Part shown: positions 12,841 through 24,004 of the stretch, piece by piece | Layout: the number at the start of each line of letters is the position of its first letter | Numbering within the stretch: the stretch's first letter is position 1 | Assembly: GCF_964355755.1 (NCBI RefSeq) | Contig: NC_092670.1 | Coordinates: 17,470,795-17,534,794 of the forward strand | Length of the DNA stretch: 64,000 bases | Direction of reading: 5' to 3' | From: Antedon mediterranea | Lineage: Eukaryota; Animalia; Echinodermata | The notes under the pieces: model-generated | What the model was told of the DNA's origin: nothing | Seen by the model: the letters and a program-made list of their open reading frames with translations, nothing else | Database searches by the model: none | Program-made: the position numbers and the translations under genes

Positions 12841-13555
12841 AAGTAAGCAATGATTGGTCCATGAAACTAACTTACCTAGGTAAATAACTAAGCATGAACA
12901 GGCCCAAGTAAGCAATGATTGGTCCATGAAACTAACTTACCTAGGTAAATAACTAAGCATCAACAGGCCCAAGTAAGCAATGATTGGTCCATGAAACTAA
13001 CTTACCTAGGTAAATAACTAAGCATCAACAGGCCCAAGTAAGCAATGATTGGTCCATGAAACTAACTTACCTAGGTAAATAACTAAGCATGAACAGGCCC
13101 AAGTAAGCAATGATTGGTCCATGAAACTAACTTACCTAGGTAAATAACTAAGCATGAACAGGCCCAAGTAAGCAATGATTGGTCCATGAAACTAACTTAG
13201 CTAGGTAAATAACTAAGCATGAACAGGCCCAAGTAAGCAATGATTGGTCCATGAAACTAACTTACCTAGGTAAATAACTAAGCATGAACAGGCCCAAGTA
13301 AGCAATGATTGGTCCATGAAACTAACTTACCTAGGTAAATAACTAAGCATCAACAGGCCCAAGTAAGCAATGATTGGTCCATGAAACTAACTTACCTAGG
13401 TAAATAACTAAGCATCAACAGGCCCAAGTAAGCAATGATTGGTCCATGAAACTAACTTACCTAGGTAAATAACTAAGCATGAACAGGCCCAAGTAAGCAA
13501 TGATTGGTCCATGAAACTAACTTACCTAGGTAAATAACTAAGCATCAACAGGCCT
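12841..13555. repeat. 65-bp tandem repeat, 11 near-identical copies
   Basis: Unit AAGTAAGCAATGATTGGTCCATGAAACTAACTTACCTAGGTAAATAACTAAGCAT(G/C)AACAGGCCC starting at 12841, 12906, 12971...; lies between the convergent 3' ends of METTL2 and GPCR copy 1. Confidence 0.97.
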
Positions 13556-13899
13556 ATATTTACTCAAATAAAACCCCCTTGATTACAACATACTACACAA
13601 TATTAAAAAGTGATAAAATACAGTAAAATTTGTTAAACAATCGTTTTATTTGTTTTGTAAATGCACAACATTGGTAAACCATACATAACACCATGTCTTG
13701 TCAGACATTCATTAATTACTCAATCGCCTTTTACATACAGTACATTAAACTGAGGTGCTAAATCACAATTAAGCCTTTGCTATTATGATTTTTAAATAAT
13801 GTTCGTTGTTTGATATTCCCCTTGAAGATAGCTACTGCAGTAGCTGAAGTAAAATAGTTTTTATGTGATCCCAAAGCAGAGAGCATTATATTGTAATAA

Positions 13900-14955
13900 T
13901 CAGGTATTTCTAATGCTATAAGGTCGATCACCAATACTTTTTAAATCGCATGTCAAAATGCTTTTAAAAACGCCTTTAAAATGTGGATGCTTCACTGCAT
14001 ACATTAACGGATTGACACAGCTATTCATCATAAGGATAACTGCTGCATATGGCGTAGCCTTCTTAGAAAAATCACTTGTAATCAATAAGCAAAGTCCAAA
14101 CGGAGTCATACACATTACATACACGACAACCACATAGAATAAATTCTTTGTAACTTTTATATTCATTTTATTCATCCGATGCATGCTACCTTTCTTTCTT
14201 GCCCAAGCGTTGTGCGACGTCTGTTGTCCATTGGAGCAGCTTGTGATACTTGTTTTATTCATGTTAGACATCATCTTCTCTGTGTGTTTGTGAAAATGTC
14301 GGAATATGATCAAATAACAGGCTACTATCGCAAGGAATGGTATTGGGTATAAAGATGCAGCTAATATTAAATTGTATGTTGACGATTGTGGGTGTGACGA
14401 GTCCCAGGTACAGGTCTTGTATCTGGGATCATAGCCAAGTTGACCAACACCAAATATAGCTGGTATCGACGCCATGAATACTGATATCGACCAGATGAAG
14501 ACAAGAGCGGTTATTATGCAGTGACGTTTGAACGGCAAAGACTTATTGCCAACGTGTGACCTGGTAACCACAACCAGACGACTAATGGCAACCATTGCCA
14601 AAGTATATATACTGCTAGTTACACAGATTACTAAGGATGCGCCCGTGAACACGCACAGCCAATCAGCAAGAGGCCAGCCATTGCTGTCCGACAGCATGGC
14701 TACAATCGTCAATGGGATATTCAGAACAGTAAGTAGATCAGTAACGGCGAGATTGACAACGTAGACGTTAGTGACTGTGCGTAATTGACGTGATATAATT
14801 ACAGACACGATGACAAGACCGTTACCGATAATGCCGATAACCATTATAAATGACAGGCAGAATACTTGAAAGATGAGCTCACCACGTGACCATGATACAG
14901 GTGAAGGGTTGATGGTAGAAGACACGAAGTCACCTGTTTCATTTGCATACTCCAT
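13900..14955 (-). CDS. Rhodopsin-like (class A) orphan GPCR, copy 1, intronless, ~351 aa (melatonin-receptor/GPR84-like invertebrate expansion)
   Basis: Seven hydrophobic segments; TM1 GN, TM2 NLAVTDLL, TM3 Cys and AISRL in place of DRY, TM4 W, ECL2 Cys, TM7 NSCVNPLMY, helix 8 F. The first ATG is 14955 (the ORF-track start at 15105 is GTG); a 5' UTR acceptor lies near 14991. Confidence 0.9.
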   Translation of the reverse strand: MEYANETGDFVSSTINPSPVSWSRGELIFQVFCLSFIMVIGIIGNGLVIVSVIISRQLRTVTNVYVVNLAVTDLLTVLNIPLTIVAMLSDSNGWPLADWLCVFTGASLVICVTSSIYTLAMVAISRLVVVTRSHVGNKSLPFKRHCIITALVFIWSISVFMASIPAIFGVGQLGYDPRYKTCTWDSSHPQSSTYNLILAASLYPIPFLAIVACYLIIFRHFHKHTEKMMSNMNKTSITSCSNGQQTSHNAWARKKGSMHRMNKMNIKVTKNLFYVVVVYVMCMTPFGLCLLITSDFSKKATPYAAVILMMNSCVNPLMYAVKHPHFKGVFKSILTCDLKSIGDRPYSIRNT

Positions 14956-16529
14956 TATAGACGATACGTCAGAGAAGCCATTCGCTATTACTGTCAAAAG
15001 ATAAAATACATATATGATTATACAGACTATTGCTATTACTGTCAAAACTATTGACTTATCATATTTAACATAAAGCCTGTTTAGGTTTGTTTTACATTTT
15101 TTCACGTCACAAACAAGTATAAGATAAACATATGAATACGCATGTGTATTTGCAAGTTTTCTATTCGCGCAAATGAATTCACCTAGTGAAAAGTAAGCTA
15201 ATCCTATAACTCTCTCTCTATATATATCTATATTGTTAAAGATATATTATTTATCTTTGTAAAGAGCAACACAAACTCTCTGAATTAGTTATATTTAAAT
15301 ATAAATATTGTTAAATAATATAATATTAAATATTAAAATAATAATATTATATTAAAAGTTAAATTTTGTGTGAGCAGTCAACGCAAGGCACACGCTATGC
15401 ATTTGACCAATCACCTATAAAAGTTCTTATTCACCGACCGCTTGGGATTGATCAAATTACTTGCGTGTAGGTGTGGTTCATCATTCATTACACAATTCAT
15501 GGAAACGTACCTACTCAACCAAGTCATAATGGCACTATTCTTTGATTCCTGGAACAACAATATTGTTTTAATAAATTTAATTTAAATTGTATTTGCTTTT
15601 AAGAAAATGTGTTGTCCGTGAACACCTGCGTGAACATAACGCACATATGATGTTAAGTACTAGAATATTTTTATTGACACAACAATATCTCCTTATCAAG
15701 TAGTCATATTGTCTACGTTGTCACATTGCTTATGTAGTCACACGTATTACATTGTAATTGTCTCGACGAAATGCATATCTTAAGTTAATTTACATATTTT
15801 GTTTGGGTTTTTTCTTCAATTTGTGTTATTAGACTGATAAACAAAGTCTCCTCCTTTAAACAAAGGTAAACACTCTTAAAATAATGTATAATGTTTTTAT
15901 GAATAATCTGTGTAGTCACGACTTGTGTAAGGCATGCATCAGTGGCGTATTCACCAATCACACTTAAGTGAAATATATTTCACTTAATTCAATACAAAAT
16001 AATGTTTAAGTATTTCCCTTAAATTGTATTCACTTAGATAGGATATATTTTTAATTCAAAGCGTAAGTGTTTCCATTAGCCTAATTGTGAATGGTGAATA
16101 CAGCCACTGACTTACACACTGTACGTGTGAACGCGCCCTAAGTGTGAATTAGTGTCGCCTATTAACCTTCGGTATATAGACTTTGGAATAGGCCTACAGT
16201 ACTTTATTTGCTATAATCATACAGTAATAATTGATATACAGATTTATTTTCTGATATAACACTGATGTTGTTTCTCTCATTGTGTAAAAAGGTGCTTAAT
16301 AGTATCAAAATATACAAGGTTAGTTTACACAGTGTGTAAATATAACCATTAGTGCTAATGCTGTTCAAACATTACAATTAAGTGCGAGTAGGTAATTGTT
16401 ATTGTTTTGATATTTATTAGAAGAAACCAGGTAGTAGTAATTTGGTTTAAAAACTTTGAGTAATTTTACCGTTCTTTTAGATCATCGTCATAGAACCAGA
16501 TACTATAACAAATAGGCCTACTGGAGTAC

Positions 16530-17730
16530 TGGTACAGGTTTTTTTTCCTCGACCAAATATCGATTGTTACTACTAATAGTACAGATATTTTTTTTTCGAA
16601 AAATAGCAAAATATCGACTGTTTTAAATATGTATTGAAGTAACGTGCGCAGAATCAGAACACTGCCATTTTTATTAATTTAATTTTTTTTCTCGAATAGA
16701 GTAATGCATGGCCAAACATCGACTGTTTAAAACATGTATTGAATTGATATGCGCAGAACACATTATGTGATTCTGCGCATACCATTTTTTGGGAAAAATT
16801 GCTAAATATTGACTGTAAAATAGTATTGAAGTAATATGCGCAGAACACATTACGTAATTCTGCGCATGCCATTTAAAAAAAATTAAAATTCCCTGTACTA
16901 TAGTACAGGGATTTATTTTTCGAAAAATGACAAAATATCGCCGACTGTTTTTTAATAATGTGCCATTTTAAAAAAAATTTGCCTAATCTATAGTACAGGG
17001 ATTTTATTTCAAAAAATGGCAAAACATCGATTGATTTAAGGTATTGAAGTAACATTGCAGAACAAACATTATGTATTCTGCGCATGTCATTTTCTGAAAA
17101 TGTTCATAGTAGGCCTTCTCTAGTACAGGGATTTCGATAACTTGCCAAAAATCGATTGTTTAAAATATGTTTAACATGCGCAGAACACGTGTTATTAAAT
17201 TCTGTGCATGCCATATACCAAAATAAAATTTTCATGTACTATATAATACAGGGATTTATTTGAAAAATGGCCAAATATCGATTGTTTAAAAGATTTATTC
17301 AAATCAAATCTTTATTCGTTCCATCTAGAAAATGTACATGGAAAAATTGTTTTCCTCGACAGAAAAAAAACCTTATTGAGGTAACATGCGCAGAACACGT
17401 TATGTCATTCTGCGCATGCCCTTTTAAAACATGTTCCAAAAAATAATTGACTTTTTTTTAAATTTCCCTTTAGGCCTACTATAGTACAGGGATTTTTCGA
17501 AAAAAAGGTCAAAAAGTGACTGTTTAAAATATGTATCATATTGAAAAAATCATGTATTCTGCGCATGCTATTTTTTCAAAAATGTCACGTTACTATAGTA
17601 CCGGGATTTTTTCCAAAAATAGCCAAATATCGACTGTATTGAATTTTAATGTATTGAAGTAACATGCGCAGACAACATTATGTGATTCTGCGCATGCTAT
17701 TTTTTCAAAAATGTCCCTGTACTACTATAT
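16530..17730. repeat. Degenerate satellite of ~150-170 bp units, each with an internal palindrome
   Basis: Recurring ACTATAGTACAGGGATTT...AAATATCGACTGTTT...ATTGAAGTAACATGCGCAGAACAC..ATGT.ATTCTGCGCATGC. Confidence 0.8.
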
Positions 17731-18659
17731 TATCGTTAGTAATAAATAAATTAATAAACAAAGTACTAAACTACTAAAATTACTACATTTTTTAAAATAT
17801 GGCCAAATTTCAACCGTTATACTAATTTTTTTAATCGATCGGATAACATTGGGATCCTAATAAGGACATTTATTTCCAATTAAGACGATTGTAGTTTGTT
17901 ATTGTGGTTTCCAGAGCGATTTGCAACCCGAAAACGATAATTAAGCCAAATTACCTAGCTGCTGATACAATTTACATTAAACTCAAGCTATAATACAACG
18001 ATCTATATTAGGACAGGCTTCTTTATGTCCGTATAGGACCATGGGTTACGAAAAGACAAAATCCCTCTACTATTTTTGAGATATCAAACTATCAATGCCA
18101 CAATACTACTACATGTATGTATGTATGTGTGTATGTATGTATGGAGTTGTTGCCTTCCTAAGTTTTATCAAAATATAGGAGGGTAAAAATGTGCCCATTT
18201 TACGAAAAAAGCATTAAAAAACCATAAATGTTCATAATCCTATTATTGTATGCCAAATATCGGATGGAGGACAATATTTGGATGAAAATCCTCCAAAGAG
18301 TAACCCGTCGAAAAATATAAGAAATACAATTTACTGTACCTATATTAGTTCCAAATGGTCAAGAAGGCGCATCATTGACAATCACGGCAGGCTTCTCTCT
18401 CAATTATCATTCAAAAGGCAGGACTATACACAAATGTTAATAAACTATAATTTATTAACGCTATCTTCACCATGTGAATATATGATATGATGATAATACA
18501 ATCTTAGATAACGATGAATACTTTGCGGTTTTAAATGAAGTATTCAATAACAAATAGTACGCGCTGAAACGGATTGTGATTGGATAACCACCAGTATATT
18601 TGCGCATGACGTTGAAGATGATCTAAATTAGTTTTAATTACAGTAGAACCAATATTAAA

Positions 18660-18815
18660 GCTTGGTTCTCACTATGACGTAACGAAAGGACGTAAACGCA
18701 ACGCAAACGTGTTGACCAATGACAAGCGACCGTTCGAATAATCCATCGCTTGTGATTAGTCAACTCACTTACGTTGCGTTACGTCCGTGTCTTGCGTCTC
18801 AAGTGAGAACCAATC
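18660..18815. mobile_element. Palindromic MITE (PIF/Harbinger-like)
   Basis: TIRs TTGGTTCTCACT...AGTGAGAACCAA; internal arms ACGCAAC..TTGACCAAT.ACAAGCGA / TCGCTTGTGATT.GTCAA..GTTGCGT. Degenerate relatives at ~15378-15467, ~27267-27350, ~56815-56890. Confidence 0.75.
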
Positions 18816-18989
18816 ATGAAAGGACATCGTCGGGACCCAACAACGTATCCCCTTAATATTAAAAAAGTTCACCCTGTTTGTTTCACAGGAAACTTTCCCC
18901 TTAATAGGGGTGTTCCAAAGGAATATCCTGTGTTTATAACTCTTTGTTGATCTCCCCAACAACGACAGAGGCTGATGGACAAGTAGTAT

Positions 18990-19400
18990 ACTTTCTCTCT
19001 CTCTCTCGTCGTTCTACTCATATCCAAGTACTCGTGACCATTCTGATGAGGTGTCTCCATTCTTGCCGATCTTGAGCTTCATTGTAGCAACTGATTATTG
19101 GTCGGTTTGCAGCACCACTTATAATCAATCAATCAATCTGAGTCTCTTTCCCCTCAACTTTCCCAAACATAATCATTTTCTCCATACTATCTCCATCCCG
19201 TCTGGCAATATGTCCAAAGTATTGTAGTTTTTGTTTGATAATAGATTCGATTAATGTGCGTTTCTTGCCTATTTCGTGCCTTACACTTTCATTAGAATTC
19301 TTCTGGCAGTCCATGGAATGCCTAGAAGCTTTCTCCAGCACCACATCTCAAAAGCTTCAATTCGTTTTTGATCTGCAGCATTAATTACCCATGTTTCAAT
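18990..19400 (-). mobile_element. RTE-clade LINE 3' fragment (frameshifted RT C-terminus)
   Basis: Translation AFEMWCWR..., NESVRHEIG, KQKLQYFGHIARRDGDSMEKMIMFGKVEGK, typical of RTE/BovB ORF C-termini. Confidence 0.85.
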
Positions 19401-19622
19401 TTATTAATTAATGCTGCAGTATACTTTACACCTTTCCAAAATACGCACAAGCCAGATGTGTACATTGGACCTCTAGTTTCTCAGAATACTACAACTATTA
19501 TGATTTTATGAATTCGTTGCTGTATGATAGAAAGGTAAATAACAACTACAGAAAATATTCAAATTTAAACATTTTATTAATGAGATAACATTGAATGGTT
19601 TTTTTTACAAATTCTCGGTCTA

Positions 19623-22600
19623 CTAAATGTCATCGTTTTTCCGTTTCTTTCCTTTCTTTTTCCCTGTTTTTTCTTTTGCTTTCTTTGGTCTTCCTCTCTT
19701 TTTTCCTGTCTCTGGTATTTTGTAATTTAATACCAGTTTTTCTTTTGAATTTTCACCTGTGATTTCATCTACAAAAAGATAAAATTGATAATGCACTTTG
19801 CTCTCATGTTGTAAGTTTCTCTTGAAGGATGTCTAAGGATCTATCTGAACTTCTATCTTCATAATAATTACTTGAATTATTTAATTATTATAATACAATT
19901 TATATACTGTAGTTATTTTCACTATGCTATATGTTTATTAATAATAGAATGGATACAAATGTTTAAAACATTATAAAAATTATAAATAATATCTTCTATC
20001 TTATAACAAAAACACTGATAACTATAAAAATAAAAGGGTCATGTATGGGTATGTTTCTACCAAATTTACAAATACAAATCATTTGTATAAGCATTTGAAT
20101 AGTGAAATGTTACGAGGGTAAATGGGGAAAATGGTAGCAGAGCCTATTGATACTAGGGGAGAAGTAATTGGGAAGGCGGGAGGGGGTGGAGAAAAGAGAA
20201 GACATTTAGTATACAACATTACAATAAGGTCATTTCACTTTCATTATTTATCTGTATAACGTCGTGAGGTGGTTTCCCGAATGATGGGGGGCACTGGAGA
20301 AAAGAGACAATCCTCGAAATTTAGTATATAAAATTACAATAAGGTCATTTAACTTTCATTATTTACCTGTAGGTGAATCAGGTTGAGATTGCACTGTAGC
20401 TGATGAAGTGCTGTACTGCGTACTAGTAGATGCAGCATTGTCGACCCTACTGGCGTGATGATGAGGCGACTACAAACAAAAATAATACAAAATCTTTAAT
20501 ATTCATATCATTGTCATCAGTATGTAACTTTCAACATTCTAAGCACATTTACTACGGAAGCAAGAGAATGCATGAATTGGCAGCACTAACATGACGTGAC
20601 CCTTAGGAGAGAAGAATGTAGTTAAAAACATCTATGTCCACAGTGCCATAAGCAGTAATCAAGAGATATACAAATAGACATCCCTGCCACTGTAAACCTT
20701 GATATTGTTTTAGCTTTCAAACAAGTTCCACCCATTTTCACTTATATTCCAAGTTTCCTAGATTTTTTGCATTCTCACTCCTCCGGATGACCAAAGTATA
20801 TTGATCGAAACGCCGAAAAAGTCTTTTCAGAATTATATATACATGGTTGACAGCAACCTTTATATCAACAAATGGACATCATTATCTCAAATTGTATGTC
20901 AGACTGGATTGATTAATATACTAACTTACTGAAATGCTACCACAGAAAGACTTCTGTTTAATTTTAGCGATTCTTAAAGCTCTTTCATGAGCTGCTACAA
21001 CCTCGGCCTTCTCTTCGTCATCACTGACATCCTGGTTGTTGTGTGATGCCTTTCGATTATTCTCTGCTTGGCGCTCTAAAAAATCTTGAATGTTACTAAT
21101 AAAAATAAGAATCTATATTATATAATTTGCAATGGAGGGCACTGCTATGAATCTATCAATTAAAAGTACATTAATGTTTGTAGTTCAAAAATAATAATTA
21201 TAGAAGATGAAGGTCTCGCAATCTCTCTTCAACTTTCCCAACATCTCCTCTCATGAATACTCCATAAATAACTAATAATAATAAAACAACATGTTTATTC
21301 TGGGTTTTCTGTGCTTCCATAGTATTTTATTATTATTAATTTGTCGTTGTCTTGCGTTACATGTTTGTTTGTCTTGTTTTGTTTCTGTTTGTTTAAACTC
21401 CAATATGATTACAATTTCTTAACTGGCTACCCGTCACAAGTTTTTTTGGAGGGAAACCTCCAAATGTTATTACTTTCTGGGTGTTGCCTCTTAATTATTT
21501 ATATTTAAATTGTTATTTTGTTTACTTTGAAATGATAAGAAATAAATGTTATTATGAATGAATGAATGAATGAATAGGCGGTACTAATTATTGCCAAAAA
21601 ATTGTGTGCTATTCATATAGTGAGTGAGTGGCCGAGAGTGTAAGACAGTGCAACGTAATTATGTAGCCATAACATCAGTGGTAGAAGAAGTCTTCTTGGA
21701 TAAGGAATATAAACTGTAAAGAACCTAGTACATCTTCCAAACTGTGTAGGGGTTACCCGGTGTACTAGTACATCACAGCCACTGATCATAACTGGGATCT
21801 CTGGGAGATTAGTGTTTGAGTGAAGAGGTTATCTAGTATAAATAAATAACGAATTCAAACAGAATCCTCATATACTGTAATTGAATGACAGAGAGTTCTT
21901 ACCGGTTAATATAAGACGACATTGAGTCTTTGACTATTTGCAATGATGGGTTATCGGCGTTCTTTATTGTTGTTTTAAGATTCTGATATTTATTGTGAAC
22001 CATTTCAAGATACTGTAAAACAAATTTAAAAACTTAAAATATCATTTTTCATGTACTTTATAAATGATTTTTTTTATATGTATTGCAATTTGGTCAGGGA
22101 ATGATGTGGAACTCTTTAGGCAGTAAAAAAGAATATTAAAAACATAGAGAAATTTCAGGGAAAATAAATGAAAGAACAATAAACATACCTCTAGAGATTC
22201 GCTATCGATAGACTCAGCAAGTATACTATGTGGTTGGTGCATATGAGCGGCTGTGTTTTCTTGTGTTTTCAAACCAAGTCTTCTGTGATAAAACATCTAA
22301 CAAATGCATTAAAAAAGTTATCTGGAGGTTGGAGGGACGCGATTGGTTGGAGGGACGCGATTGGTTGGAGGGACGCGATTGGTTGGAGGGACGGGATTGG
22401 CTGGAGGGACGCGATTGGTTGGAGGGACGCGATTGGTTGGAGGGACGGGATTGGTTGGAGGGACGGGATTGGTTGGAGGAACGGGATTGGTTGGAGGGAC
22501 GCGATTGGTTGGAGGGACGCGATTGGTTGGAGGGACAGGATTGGTTGGAGGGACGCGATTGGTTGGAAGGACGCGATTGGTTGGAGGGACGGGATTGGAT

Positions 22601-24004
22601 GGAGGGACGGGATTGGTTGGAGGGACGGGATTGGTTGGAGGGACGGGATTGGTTGGAGGGACGGGATTGGTTGGGGGGACGGGATTGGTTGAGGAGACGG
22701 GATTGGTTGGAGGGACGGGATTGGTTGGAGGGACGGGATTGGTTGGAGGGACGGGATTGGTAGACAGGGGTGCTGTGGCTGTATTTGTTCATACACATTG
22801 TATATTTTAGTGACTTATAATCTTCTACATTGAAACCAACTTAAATCATCCTTTACTACATTAAACACATGTAGGTACTGCAGTATCTGCAGTAAAATAA
22901 TTTTGACATGATCTCTTAAACAAATACTTACAGGTTTGGAAGTAGCAGTGACCATGAATGCTTTGTCAAATTTTAATCTCAGATAAACATACTCTGCATC
23001 TAGATGTCTCTGCTTTTGGATGTCTTCATATAGAGCTATTAACTCTTGCCAATTATTCAAAGCTATCCGAATCTGGGAACAAAGAAAGAACAAATTATAC
23101 CTTTGACAATTAGATTGATTACTTTTTTAAAATGATTTCTGGTATTCTAAATGTTAAGAGCGAGAACAATCATACCTTTATTTTAGGATCTTGAATTTGA
23201 GTGAAGTACAGGCCATACAAGAGATAGAGGGCGCCTATACGGACTTGAAATGTGTACGGCGACATCAGGAATGTAGTGGCTACTTGGAAAGCCTCCTCTG
23301 TAAACTATAAGCACATTTTTTAAATTAGGAAACGCATATGACATTTTGTCTGTTTGTTTGAACATTTTAGAGCTTTTAGTTTTGTATAATAATTTCAATT
23401 TAAACTCAAACATTTCAATATACAGCATCTGGTTAATAGCCATGGTAGTTATTGCCATGCACCTCTAAAATACTCCTAGAGTATGTTTATTTGGAGTGTA
23501 CATATCTGTGTTTGCCCTCAATTCAATGAGATTGTATAGTCTCCAGATCACCTTGGGCCCTGAGCCCAGTTAAAATGTGTACAATGCCCTGCTGCTAGCT
23601 GCTCAATTACATACAAATACAGTGTATATTCAGTGTTTAACAATTTTTAAAAAATGACTAATCTATTTTTTACAACCTTTCTAAAAATGTGCAGAGGTTT
23701 CTAAAAATCATACTTACATCACGCTGATCAACTTGGTTTTTCAACCCACTAGAAATAAAATAATTGAAAATGATTTAGAAAATTTAAAAAAAAAAGATTT
23801 CTGTGGCTGAATATTGCCTGATCACCATCTTTCATAGACAACTATCTTAAGTATTACTCACAAATAAATAAAAGAAAAGTTCATTCGTTTCCAGATGTTG
23901 ACAAAGTCCTCATATCGAACATTTTCTGTTTTTACAAATGCGTCAAGGAGTTGTTCACAGTCAGTTTTAACACCGCTCCCAAGCTTCTTTCCAACTCCAG
24001 ACAT
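19623..24004 (-). CDS. SNAPC1: snRNA-activating protein complex subunit 1 (SNAP43), ~358 aa
   Basis: Exons 24004-23862, 23748-23718, 23304-23176, 23072-22932, 22296-22189, 22012-21903, 21095-20930, 20469-20367, 19768-19623 join in frame (1077 nt). Matches SNAPC1 blocks: KTDCEQLL..F...VRYEDF..IW..M.F, PYTFQVRIGALYLLYGLY.TQ, KIRIAL..W, HLDAEYV..RL...KAF, VHNKYQNLK, ERA..IAKIK.KSF. The last two exons are less certain. Confidence 0.9.
21620..21850 (+). mobile_element. tRNA-derived SINE remnant
   Basis: A-box-like GTGGCCGAG.G..TAAG head, SINE-like body (CTTGGATAAGG..., CACTGATC...CTCTGGGAGA), A-rich tail. Confidence 0.55.
22327..22760. repeat. 18-bp G-rich minisatellite, ~24 copies, SNAPC1 intron
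   Basis: Unit GGTTGGAGGGACG(C/G)GATT; produces the repetitive ORFs listed at 22226-22810. Confidence 0.97.

Noticed and set aside
12841-13555. CRISPR-like appearance of the regular arrays (also 10466-11234, 38665-39186)
   Set aside because: Units are contiguous with no unique spacers, there are no cas genes, and the context is eukaryotic.
14528-14764. Antisense ORFs conserved across GPCR copies (also 27807-28043, 30100-30366, 32000-32290)
   Set aside because: Shadow ORFs of the paralogous coding strands; no independent evidence.
14956-15105. Extra hydrophobic N-terminal segment (apparent 8th TM) on GPCR copy 1
   Set aside because: The ORF-track start is GTG; the paralogues start at the M(V)(D)EY position, and the extension crosses a probable splice acceptor into AT-rich intron.
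22226-22810. Five overlapping repetitive ORFs (e.g. LEGRDW, SNQSRP repeats)
   Set aside because: Artefact of a stop-free 18-bp minisatellite inside a SNAPC1 intron.
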